Source: Octopus vulgaris
Taxonomy: Eukaryota
Direction: 5' to 3'
DNA: 64,000 bases
NCBI GenBank assembly: GCA_951406725.2
Contig: OX597815.1
Span: forward strand, 159,154,001-159,218,000
Positions 1 through 9,728 of the stretch are shown in pieces. Made by a program: the position numbers and the translations under genes. Every line of letters starts with the position of its first letter. Position 1 is the stretch's first letter. Below the pieces are notes generated by a model. That model saw only the letters and a program-made list of their open reading frames with translations, did no database searches and was not told the DNA's origin.

Positions 1-7
1 ATATGAT

Positions 8-57
<50 letters not shown>

Positions 58-58
<1 letters not shown>

Positions 59-385
59 AAAAAAGGTTTGAAAATGCAATTTAAACGATGTTTATTTACT
101 TAACCGGTTTCACTCTTTGGTAAAAGATTGTCAAAAGTTACATTTAAGGAAACATTGAATAATATGGGTTCAAAAAAAGTTTTTTACATAATTGTCACAT
201 TGAATATTATGCATTCAAAAAAGTTTTTTACATAATTGTCACATTGGATATTATGAATTCAAAAATGTTTTTTTATACATAATTGTCACATTATTTGGGA
301 AAATTTGGCAGAAAAGGATAAAACAAATATATTATTGGGAATTGGTTGCGTTAATTATTGGTTGTCGCAAATTGTCACATTACAT
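58..385 (-). mobile_element. Short non-autonomous PLE-like element between (TA)n tracts, with a hammerhead-like motif and internal ~43-bp tandem repeats
   Basis: Minus strand 138-98 reads ACTT-TTGACAA-TCTTT(TACC)AAAGA-GT-GAAA-CCGG-TT-AAGT, followed by AATAAA. About three copies of TTTTTACATAATTGTCACATTG..TATTATG.ATTCAAAAA lie at ~155-295. TA runs flank both sides. Confidence 0.5.
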
Positions 386-649
386 GTATATATATACAAT
401 CTTTGGTATATATATACAGCGTTTTGACAGCAAAAATTAAAATGGCTTTTTTGTACATCTCAGAATATTTTAAGTATGTTTTTACTGACCTGTCAGTATT
501 AGCAGAAAGGCTGAACTGAGAGAACAGAAGAAGTAGCCAATGTGGTGTATACTTCCCCTTTATGCATGAATGATTTTGGGGTTATCAGGAGGTTAGTATG
601 CGGGTGTGAATAGATGTGTCCATGCCTGCTGGTCAGACAGCGTCTGTTT

Positions 650-870
650 GTCACACACATATATATACACACAAACACACACACACACAACAACACACAC
701 ACACACACACATAGTATACAAACACACACCACATACAAACAACACACACACACACAGAACACACACACCCACACACAACGCACCCACATATATCACATAT
801 ACACACAGCACACAAATATAACATGTATCTATATATAACATACACAGATATATAACACACATACACACAC

Positions 871-908
<38 letters not shown>

Positions 909-1692
909 TACATACATAATATAAATATCACACAAATACACCTAGCATATATATACACACATACAATACACACATACAGCATGTAAGTAATATATATACA
1001 CAATATATGCATGCAATATACATACGTAATACATACATATAATATATATATATATAGACAATGCATATACATATATACACATATACATATAAATAGTGTT
1101 TACATACACATACATAGATGTACCACATATACACACAACACACATACATACAATGCATACACATACACATACGCATACATATAATATATATATACACACA
1201 CACACACATAACATACATACACACACAATGCATACATATATATACACGCAATGCATATACATGTATTCATGCACATATAGCACACCTACAATATACATAT
1301 ATACAGTGCACACATATACACAAATATATACACTTAATTGTACACGTACATATACAATACACATACATACAATATACATATACACAATGCGCATGCAAAT
1401 AATGTACATGTTTATACACACATAAACATGCAAATAAATATACACACACACACATACACACACACACATATATATACACATATATATATATATATATACA
1501 CACATACATACATACATACATGCACATACATATATTTTTTCACACACATATATATATATAAAAAATTCACCACCCCCCACACACACAAATTACAAACCTA
1601 TAGCGTACACACTCAAATATATCTCTACATGCTGCACATACACACAAACAAAGTACTAACATATACACACATACCATGCATATACACACACA

Positions 1693-1735
<43 letters not shown>

Positions 1736-1962
1736 CAGATACATATGTAAATACATACACACGTACACAATGCTCACACACACACACACACACACATACA
1801 CACACACCCGCACACAGTGCACACACACACACACATATATACACACGTGCACACACACACACACATACAACGCGCGCACACACACATACACACACACACG
1901 CACACAGTGCACACACACACACACACACAACACTCACACACATACATCACCTACATATATAT
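650..1962. repeat. Compound (CA)n/(TA)n/(CATA)n microsatellite tract
   Basis: Directly visible; it explains the C/V/Y/H/T-rich pseudo-ORFs here. Confidence 0.97.
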
Positions 1963-2115
1963 AATGCATGCGTGTGCATGCCACGTATGTGTGCGGTCAA
2001 TGCCCGCTAGTGTGTCCTATGCGTGCCGATGCGCGCATGTGCCCGCCCGCACGATATGCTGTGAGCGTGCGCGCGTCCCTGTGTGCTTGCTCTGGATGTG
2101 CTTCCAGGGGGTATG

Positions 2116-2966
2116 TTAGAGTATGTTTAGTTGTGGTCTGTATTTTTGAATAAGATTACTTTCCTTATTTATTCGTGTTTGGTCTGTGGTGTTGTCCGAG
2201 CATTGGTATAGTGGGAAGACTAAGAATTTGGGGGACTTATTGTGTGCACAAAGGTCTAAGTGTCCACTTAGTGGTATCTGTCTTGTGGAGGGGTCCCTCA
2301 GTTGTTGTCGGTGAACTGTCATTCTGTCTCTGAGGGTAAGGCTCGTTTGCCCTATGTAGTCTTCGTGGCATCCTTCACACCTTATGACGTAGAGTAAATT
2401 TTTTGATGCGCACGTGAAGTTATTTTTTATGATGAATGTGTGTCCCGAGTGGAACTTGTACGACGATCCCTCAATGAGGTGGATGCAGGTCTTACAGTTG
2501 GGGCGACCACATTTTTTGATGGTGGGCGGTGGGTTTGTGTTGTGTAATTTTGCGTTGGTGAGGAGGTTTTTTAGGGATTTAGGTTGTCTCTTACTTTTTA
2601 TTATTTTATGAGCTGCCAGTATTTTTTTCAGGCGTGGGTCTTGATTTAGTTGTGGAATGTTGTTGTATATAATAGTGTAAGCTTCTGCATTCCTTGGGTT
2701 GTGTGTTGAGAGATAAGGAGGCTATTGACTGTACTGTGGATGTGTTTGGGTTTTCGAAGGTCTTGAATGTTGATTGATTTGGCCCGTTCTATTCCGTTGT
2801 CTACTAGTGATGCCGGGTAATGTCTTTCGAGAAGAATTGCCCTTAGTTCCCGGAGTCTTCAATAGTGCAGATTCTTCTCGCTAGGTTGAAGGGGATATTT
2901 GTCTTTGTGTGTTTTGGGTGATTGGAGGTGAATAGAAGGTATTGTTTAGAGTCAGTGGGTTTGTAA
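2116..2966 (-). pseudogene. PLE ORF2 thumb, Cys linker and GIY-YIG endonuclease, broken by about three frameshifts (~2966, ~2860, ~2720)
   Basis: Shifted frames read YKPTDSKQYLLFTSNHPKHTKTNIPFNLARRICTI, then RLRELRAILLERHYP, then an open frame 2718-2116 containing CGRPNCKTC, FTCASKNLLYVIRCEGCHEDYIGQT, DRMTVHR, GHL, KES and QLNIL*. Confidence 0.9.
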
Positions 2967-4403
2967 ATAGATGTCAGTTTCAATGTTGACGCCTTTTTTA
3001 ATGATTAGGATGTCAAGAAAAGGGAGTTGGTCCTGACTATATTCCATTGTGAATTGAATGTTGTTATTTACACTGTTGATAAGGTTTTTGAAGTCTATAA
3101 GTTGGTCGAGTGTGTGGGACCATAGGATGAGGCAATCATCTAAGTAGCGTTTCCAGTTCTCCAACAGGTATTTGTGGAAAGACTGGCCGTACTTATATTT
3201 GGATTTTTCATAGACATGTGATTCCAGGTAGGCCATCACCAGGTTTGCATAGGTAGGTGCAACTTTCGTACCCATTGCAGTCCCTGAGACCTGTCTGTAA
3301 GTGTTGTTGTGGAAATACATGAAGTTGTTTTGCAGAATAAATTTGAGGCCCTCAATTATGAATTCTTTTTTAATTCTTTCCGGGATCTCATTGGGATATT
3401 TATCCAGCCAGAATTTAATGGCTTCCAGTCCAAATTCATGTGGGATTGTGGTGTAAAGATTAATAACATCAAAAGAAACGATTAAGGTGTCTTTATCGGC
3501 ATGTTTGGGGAGATGGTTTAATAGGTCCAGGTCATCTCTTACAATACTTGGAATGTGTTTCAGTATTGGCTTTAAGATGATATCTATAAAGTTGCTAAGT
3601 CTGTGTGTTTCACAACTTGGGCCTGCCACTATTGGTCTCAGTTTGAGATCAGTGGGATGTGGTATAGTGATGCAGGTTGAAGTGGACTTTTTGCAAGCTT
3701 CTGTGATAATTTGACTCTTGTGTATTTTTGGAAGCCCATAGAGTGTGCTGGTTTTGCAATTAAATTTAGTAATGTAGTCGCATTCCTTTGCTGTCAAGTC
3801 ATTCCGGTGTTGGTAAATGAGTGCCTTCAGATTGGTCATTGTTTTGGATTGCTGGTAGTCGACTACTCTTTCGTAGTATGTGGTATCCTCTAAAAGGAGA
3901 GATACAGAGTTTTTATACTGCTCAGTATTCATAATAACGACCGTACTACCCTTATCAGCTTCCTTTATTGTGACGTCATGATTGTCTCGTAGCGTATGGA
4001 TGATTTCCCATTCTCTTTTACTGGTGTTGGGTTTGAGTTTAGGTTGTGGGAGTTCACCATAAGGGAAGTTGGAGATGTAATCGCAAAATTTGTCTAAGGT
4101 TTTGTTTTTGCCTTTTATGGGATTATAGTTGCTTTTGTTACAGACCATTGATTCGTCGTTATTATTAGTTTTTCTGTCAAAAAATTCCTCTGTGAGGCGT
4201 AATTTTCTGCAAAAGTGCCAGATGTCATCCTGTATTTCCCTCAGGTTAGGGTATTGCGGAGTTGGGGTGAATTTTAGTCCTCTTGAAAGGATTTTTATTT
4301 GTGGTGTCGACAGGTTTAGGTTAGAAAGATTCACTATTTTTGGTTTTTCGGGGTTGGTATCTACCATCTGGAGTCGTGGAAACTGATGCCCTTGCCTAAA
4401 AAA
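2952..4403 (-). CDS. PLE ORF2, reverse transcriptase part (ATG at 4367, or entered by -1 frameshift at 4403-4397)
   Basis: Motifs IVNLS..LSRGLKFTPTP, KEADKG, YGLPKIHK, LRPIVAG, SFDVINLYT, QVSGTAMGTKVAPTYANL, RYLDD, LPFLD. Confidence 0.93.
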   Translation of the reverse strand, partial: FFRQGHQFPRLQMVDTNPEKPKIVNLSNLNLSTPQIKILSRGLKFTPTPQYPNLREIQDDIWHFCRKLRLTEEFFDRKTNNNDESMVCNKSNYNPIKGKNKTLDKFCDYISNFPYGELPQPKLKPNTSKREWEIIHTLRDNHDVTIKEADKGSTVVIMNTEQYKNSVSLLLEDTTYYERVVDYQQSKTMTNLKALIYQHRNDLTAKECDYITKFNCKTSTLYGLPKIHKSQIITEACKKSTSTCITIPHPTDLKLRPIVAGPSCETHRLSNFIDIILKPILKHIPSIVRDDLDLLNHLPKHADKDTLIVSFDVINLYTTIPHEFGLEAIKFWLDKYPNEIPERIKKEFIIEGLKFILQNNFMYFHNNTYRQVSGTAMGTKVAPTYANLVMAYLESHVYEKSKYKYGQSFHKYLLENWKRYLDDCLILWSHTLDQLIDFKNLINSVNNNIQFTMEYSQDQLPFLDILIIKKGVNIETDIYLQTH

Positions 4404-5704
4404 GGAATCCTGGGGGTTCTTCTATTTGCGGTATTTTGCTGTATGTGATTCTGTCCCCCGTTGACATGTCTGTTGAAGAGGTTTTGGTTGTTGTGATTCT
4501 GTCCCCCGTTGCTATGTTGTCTGTTGAGGAGGTTTTGGTTGTTCCAGGGTCTGGGTTGTTGGTGTGGCCTCCTGGAAGAGTTTTGGTTATTCCAGGGTTT
4601 GGGTTGTTTGTCCTGGGTGTAATGTTGGTTCCTTAGAGTGGGTTGGAAACTATATTCATGGTTTAGGAGTGAATTCCTATATGTTGGGGGAGAACTCTGA
4701 GTTAGGAGCGGTTTGGGTTGGAATCTACAATCATAGTTCAGAGATGGGTTTCTAAGTGATGGGTAGGATCTCCGAATCTGGAACGGTTCTTGTGTGGGTT
4801 GGGGTCTACGTTGTCTGGTAAAGTTTTGTCGTGTGATGATGGGTGTCTCGGTTCTTTTGATGGGATTGTAGTGCTGTCTGTAAGTTCTGTTGTTGTTGTT
4901 GTCGATGTTAGGGGTGGTGTGTGTTCGGTGTTTTGTGGTTGGTTTTCTTTGTTTTTGGCGAGGGGTGTGAGTTGAAGTAGATATTTTAAAATATGGGTTG
5001 CTTGAAAGGTGTTCCTTTGTGAACTCTGTTTCATAATTGGTGAACCAGCTGTTTTTTTCCTTTCGCTGGAGGGATGTTATTTCTTCATCCTCGCAGTTTT
5101 TTCTCCAGAGTTTGGTGGTTTCATCAAGGAGTGCTCCTTCACAGTGTTTTGAGATTTCAATCTGCATTTCATTGTCAAGGGTCTTGGATTTTTCTTCACT
5201 GGTGTTGGCTCTGAGCCGCAATAGTTCTACTTCCGTTTTGAATTTTTCAAAAGCTAGTTTCTCCCTGAGGTTTTTTTGGTTTTCTGGTTCATTTTGGATG
5301 GGTTTTATTTGTAGTTTTCTGGGTAGGATGATAGGGGTGGAGTTGAGCCACTTTTCATAAATGTCAGCTTTGTTGTTATTTTTTATGAAATTCCAGAAGG
5401 CAAACTTACGCGCTTTGAGATTTTTACTCCAGGTGTGGTTAAGAGAGCTTTTAATTGAGAAGCAGTCTTTAGTTTGCTCCTGCTTTGGGAGCACTGCCGT
5501 CTCTATGGATTTCATTAGGTTTTGCAGTGTTGGGATGATGTCAGGGATTTGATTGGTTGTTTTGGCCTCCATGAGTCCATTTAGGTATAAGTGCGATTGT
5601 TCGACTTTGTTTATTATGGTTGAAAGTTTCGAGGAGATTTCTTGTAATTCTTTTAGGATATTTTGGTTCATCAAAGATTCTGCTTGTTGTGATTTGGGTG
5701 GCAT
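4361..5704 (-). CDS. PLE ORF1 (447 aa from MPPKSQQ): predicted coiled-coil/helical N-terminal half and basic, N/Q/R-rich disordered C-terminal half
   Basis: Uninterrupted ORF. The first 60 codons of the called ORF are microsatellite-derived and AAAATGC at 5704 is the plausible start. Peptide repeats QP(K/R)PWNNQN x2 and NNQNL.NR..NGGQNH x2. Confidence 0.8.
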   Translation of the reverse strand: MPPKSQQAESLMNQNILKELQEISSKLSTIINKVEQSHLYLNGLMEAKTTNQIPDIIPTLQNLMKSIETAVLPKQEQTKDCFSIKSSLNHTWSKNLKARKFAFWNFIKNNNKADIYEKWLNSTPIILPRKLQIKPIQNEPENQKNLREKLAFEKFKTEVELLRLRANTSEEKSKTLDNEMQIEISKHCEGALLDETTKLWRKNCEDEEITSLQRKEKNSWFTNYETEFTKEHLSSNPYFKISTSTHTPRQKQRKPTTKHRTHTTPNIDNNNNRTYRQHYNPIKRTETPIITRQNFTRQRRPQPTQEPFQIRRSYPSLRNPSLNYDCRFQPKPLLTQSSPPTYRNSLLNHEYSFQPTLRNQHYTQDKQPKPWNNQNSSRRPHQQPRPWNNQNLLNRQHSNGGQNHNNQNLFNRHVNGGQNHIQQNTANRRTPRIPFLGKGISFHDSRW

Positions 5705-6430
5705 TTTCGGGACTCGTGTGATGTTTATATATATATAAAAAAGTTGAGTTGTGGGGTTATATATATATATATATATATACACACACGTATCTATACACAC
5801 ACATAAATGTACACACACACTCTCATATATATATGTGTGTATGTATATATACACACATATATATATGAGAGTGTGTGTGTACATTTATGTATGCGTGTAG
5901 ATACGTGTATAAATATATAAATATATATATATATATATAAATATGAGTGTATGTATATATAATGTATACATGCACACACAAACATACACACACTAACGCA
6001 CATCACAGATACACATACATTCATACACACGTGTTCTGTTTGTGCTTGTGTGTGAAGGGTGTATGCATAAGAAAGAGAAAAAGAGATTATGCATATAATA
6101 GCACCTTATTGAAAAGGCCACAAATCATATTTCAGGAAAAGGAAAAACATGCAATATAGTTTCTATACATACTAAACAGGAAATTAAGTGCAATAATCAC
6201 ACTATGGAACATAGAATTGGGTAAGTTAGTGTTATTATATTGACTGCAAAGGAACTAACTGGAAATAAAATCTGCATTATTTTTCTGATAATTAACAGAG
6301 ACAGCTCATGACATGTTTCAGTTTAATTCTGACCTCAATAGTTAAAATATGAGGCAATAGACTTGCCTCATATTTGCCAATGTAGAGATGAATGATGGCA
6401 TAGAAGAAAATAAAAGTTTTTAGAGATTAA

Positions 6431-6641
6431 CCCTTTAGCATTTAAACCGGCCATAAGTATTCTGCCTGTTTTATGTTCAAACTGGCCATATCTGGTCTCT
6501 CACACCAACCCTATAATGTCGTTTTAAAAATTAACAGCTACCTCATCAAAATCTCAAAGCTACAAGATAATGCATGATTAGTTCAAAACAATTTGGATAA
6601 AAAAGCATTAATTTTGGCAGAATAATGTGAACACTAAAGGG
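6431..6641. mobile_element. piggyBac-type MITE (TTAA-flanked, CCCTTTAG ends)
   Basis: TTAA|CCCTTTAG...CTAAAGGG|TTAA. Related copies at ~8963-9580, 15490-15765, 23146-23830, 24890-25825, 32481-32940, 46716-46942 and 59542-59735. Confidence 0.8.
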
Positions 6642-7361
6642 TTAAAGAACTCAACTACAGCTGTCTGGTAACAAAGTTAATCTCAAAACCATGTGGCTTT
6701 GAGTTCCATCCAATTGCATGGCACCTTGGGCAAGTGTCTCCTTGCCTGAAGTTAGCCAATGCTTTGTGAGTGAAATTGATAGATTGGAAACTGTTGTGTG
6801 AGTGAGTGAGTGTGTGTGTGTGTATGTGCATGCGTGTGTATGCATACCTACATAGATATACACATTCATACAGGCACAGGAGCAAGGGGGTGCATGTTAA
6901 GAAAACTGCTTTCCTACCACATAATTTCAGGTTCATTCCCACTGCATGGTACCTTGGGCAAGTGTCTTGTACTACAGCCTTGGGCCGACCAGAGTCTTAT
7001 AAGCGAATTTGGTAGGTAGAAGCTACGATAAGCCTATCATATAATATATATAATGTATGTATGTATATATGTATGTATATACATGTGCATGTTACTCTTG
7101 GCTTGCCATCACATGCTATTTGTAAATGAGTATCCCTGTCATGCAAGCGGTGTCCTTCATTTTCACTCTTCTCTGAAACCATGTCTGGCTATGGGAAAAT
7201 ATTACCTTGATTGGAAACGTGTGAGAGTTGGTGTCAAGAAGGACCTCTGACTGCAGAAAACCCATCTCAACAAATTCTGTCCAAGCCATGGAAGCTTGGA
7301 AGAGAGGATGTTAAAACATCATCATCAACATTATTTTACAATTTTTTCTTGTGATCCTTAA

Positions 7362-7684
7362 CCCTTTCGTAGAAAATCCTTCGAATTCTGACTCGCTGCT
7401 TGATATAATGAAATTCGTATCCATTTTTTTGTCAGAATTACAAATTTTGAAAACACAATAGGAACAAATTTCGGAAAAAAATCTCCCAAAATTCACGGAA
7501 TTAAAATTACACTTCGATTTTTGTACAAAACTGTAGTTGAACTCTTTACGAAGTATAATACGTGTTTTCACGAATGTACTAAAGAGATTTGCTCTGATAT
7601 TCTCATTTAAATATGAATAGGTAAATTCGGGCGGTTTGGTCACATTAACCAAAAATTTTTTCGGGCGGTTTGGTAACGAAAGGG
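7362..7684 (-). mobile_element. Internally deleted piggyBac-like element retaining the apparent transposase start
   Basis: TTAA|CCCTTTCGT...ACGAAAGGG|TTAA; subterminal repeat ACCAAACCGCCCGAA x2; minus-strand MDTNFIISSSESEFEGF from 7424. Confidence 0.7.
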
Positions 7685-8540
7685 TTAAGGAGAAAACAAA
7701 GGGTGTCTGGCATCTTGCCGTTTTCAAGAAGACCCGTCCATCACAATATAATTGAAACTGATGCTGGTGCCACATATAAAGCACTGGTGTTGATGCCAAG
7801 TTAAAAGAACTGGTGTTGGTACCACATAAAAAGCACACAGTACACTCTGTAAAGTGGTTGGCATTAAGAAGTGCATCCAGCTGTAGAGACCATGCCAGAA
7901 CACACAATGGAGCCTAATGCAGCTCCCAGCCTTACCAGCTCTTTATGAAATTGTCCAACCTATGCCAGAATGGAGAACAGCCTTTAAATGATGATGATGA
8001 TGATCCAATGAATCAGTATACTGAATCATGTTCCAATATCATAAATTTGGCTTGGTTCTTATCATTGTATACCTTGGTTAGAGCCAACCAATTTACAGAG
8101 GAAACTGAGGGTATATTTTTGAGTCATTAACTCTAGAGAAGTTTAACTGCTGCTAGCAAAAGTGAAGAATCCTTTCAGTCTTCGGAGAAATAAAAAGGCA
8201 GTGAGGTAGAAGAATCTTAGAATTGAGGTCTGGTTGAAAGATGTGTCCTTTCCTTTATAAATTTACCAAAGGCGTAGACATGGCTGCGTGGTAAGAAGTT
8301 TGCTTCCTAGTCACATAGTTCTGGGTTCAGTCCCACTGTGTGGCACCTTGGGCAAGTGCCTTCTACTATAGCCACAGGTCATCTACAGCCTTGTGAGAGG
8401 ATCTGGTAAGATGGGAACTGAAAGATGTTTGTTGTATGTATATGTTAACAGTTCTGTCATCTTACAGTCTCACTAACAACAACAACAACAACAACAACAA
8501 CAGCAGCAGCAGCAGCAACAGCAACGACAACAGCAACAAC

Positions 8541-8751
8541 AATCCTTTCTACTATAGACACAAGGCCTGAAATTTCTGGGGAGAGGGCTAGTCAATTATA
8601 TCGACGCCAGTGCTCAACTAGTACTAATTTAATTGACCCTGAAATGAAGAAAGGAAAATTCAACCTCAGCTGAATTCAGAACATAAAGATAGATGAAATG
8701 CCACAAAGCATGTTGCCTGGAGTGCTAATGATTCTGCCAGCTCCCCACCTT
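8541..8751 (-). mobile_element. tRNA-derived SINE family B (diverged copy)
   Basis: Matches the repeated unit AGGCGGCGAGCTGGCAGAA...GTTCAAATTCC...CTTTCATCCTTTCGGGGTCGATAAA..AGTACCAG seen across the window. Confidence 0.75.
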
Positions 8752-8995
8752 AATAACAGCAATAATAATAATGGTTTCTTACATTGACATTAAACCTCAA
8801 ATGCATAGGATTAGAGTGCAATCAATCAATCAATCATTCAAATTAACAATGTACACAGCTGTTATTCATTTCATTGGCCCTGGGAGAGATACAAGGTACA
8901 GTCAACACTGACAATTTGAACTCAGGATGTAAAGAGAGCAAACTAAATAGAGTCAGGTATTTGACCCTTTACCATTCAGATTGCTTTATCAAATA

Positions 8996-9391
8996 CTAGC
9001 AGTATAGCCCAGTGTTGCTTGGGCTTGTTTTCTTTTCGACCCCTTAGAATTGGAATTTTTGAAAAGTAAAAATTTTGCACTATGTAGCTTGTTATTCTTT
9101 TTAAGTGAACATTTTCCAGTTTGAAATACACCGAAAAATGGCAACACAGCAGTCAAAAAATCATAAAAAATAGGGATTTTCATAGAAAAAAAGAACCTTT
9201 TTGATGTAAATAAATTTTGGTGTTAACATAGTCCGATTTGAATTTTTTCTTCTACGGAAGGAAGAGCAAGCCTTCTTCTATCATACTCTCAATTTTGGTC
9301 AACTTGTGTCGCAGGGACTCGGAGGAGATAGTGTTAGTTGAAGGCTACCAAACCTGCCATACACAGACATCTTCAGCTTTATATATATAGG
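8996..9391 (-). mobile_element. Non-autonomous Helitron nested in a TTAA MITE
   Basis: Minus strand starts CTATATATATAAAG and ends with hairpin CCCAAGCAACACTGGG plus CTAG. The host MITE sequence resumes on both sides. Confidence 0.75.
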
Positions 9392-9663
9392 TCATGCTTA
9401 TTTATTCATTTGTCTTGAATAAATCATGTATTATCTCACAGCTTTGAAATTTCAATAATGTGATTGTACTTTTAAGAATCACATTGTAGAGTACATATGA
9501 AAGGCTGGATTTGACTGGATTGGACACAGAACAAGTAGAATATATTTGGGTTGGATATGGCTGGTTTAGATGTCAAAGGATTGTGCTGAAGTTCAATCAT
9601 TTACAAAGAATTACCAATTATTGATCATCATCAACCAAATAATGTCCCCTCCCCATTTTTTAC

Positions 9664-9728
9664 CTATGCTAGTATGGATGATTTCATGACTCTTATAAGG
9701 TTCATCAGTAGCTGACATCTTCTTTCAT
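9664..9728 (-). CDS. Candidate first coding exon of an unknown host gene (MSATDEPYKSHEIIHTSI)
   Basis: tgtcag acceptor, AG|gtaaaa donor, ATG in AAGATG context with an in-frame upstream TGA; lies in a non-repetitive island. No homology recognised. Confidence 0.25.

Larger units (their letters stand above)
1965..5760 (-). mobile_element. Penelope-like retroelement with C-terminal GIY-YIG endonuclease (Neptune-like), two-ORF organisation, set between microsatellite tracts
   Basis: PLE-type RT motifs, Cys linker and GIY-YIG domain; higher GC than the flanks; 5' end abuts (TA)n at ~5760. Confidence 0.93.

Noticed and set aside
499-2153. Many 60-214 aa ORFs rich in C/V/Y/I/H/T, here and throughout the window
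   Set aside because: They are translations of (CA)n/(TA)n/(GA)n/(GATA)n microsatellites or of SINEs, not proteins.
2116-4367. Selenocysteine recoding as in Naiad PLEs
   Set aside because: The endonuclease is C-terminal, the Cys motifs use normal codons, and the TGA at 2952 is explained by a frameshift; no SECIS was seen.
5705-5884. N-terminal 60 aa of the 507-aa ORF
   Set aside because: Read-through from the flanking microsatellite; the real start is likely at 5704.
7311-7907. 198-aa ORF
   Set aside because: A chance frame crossing an RTE tail and a piggyBac-like MITE; only the short acidic peptide near its end looks transposase-derived.
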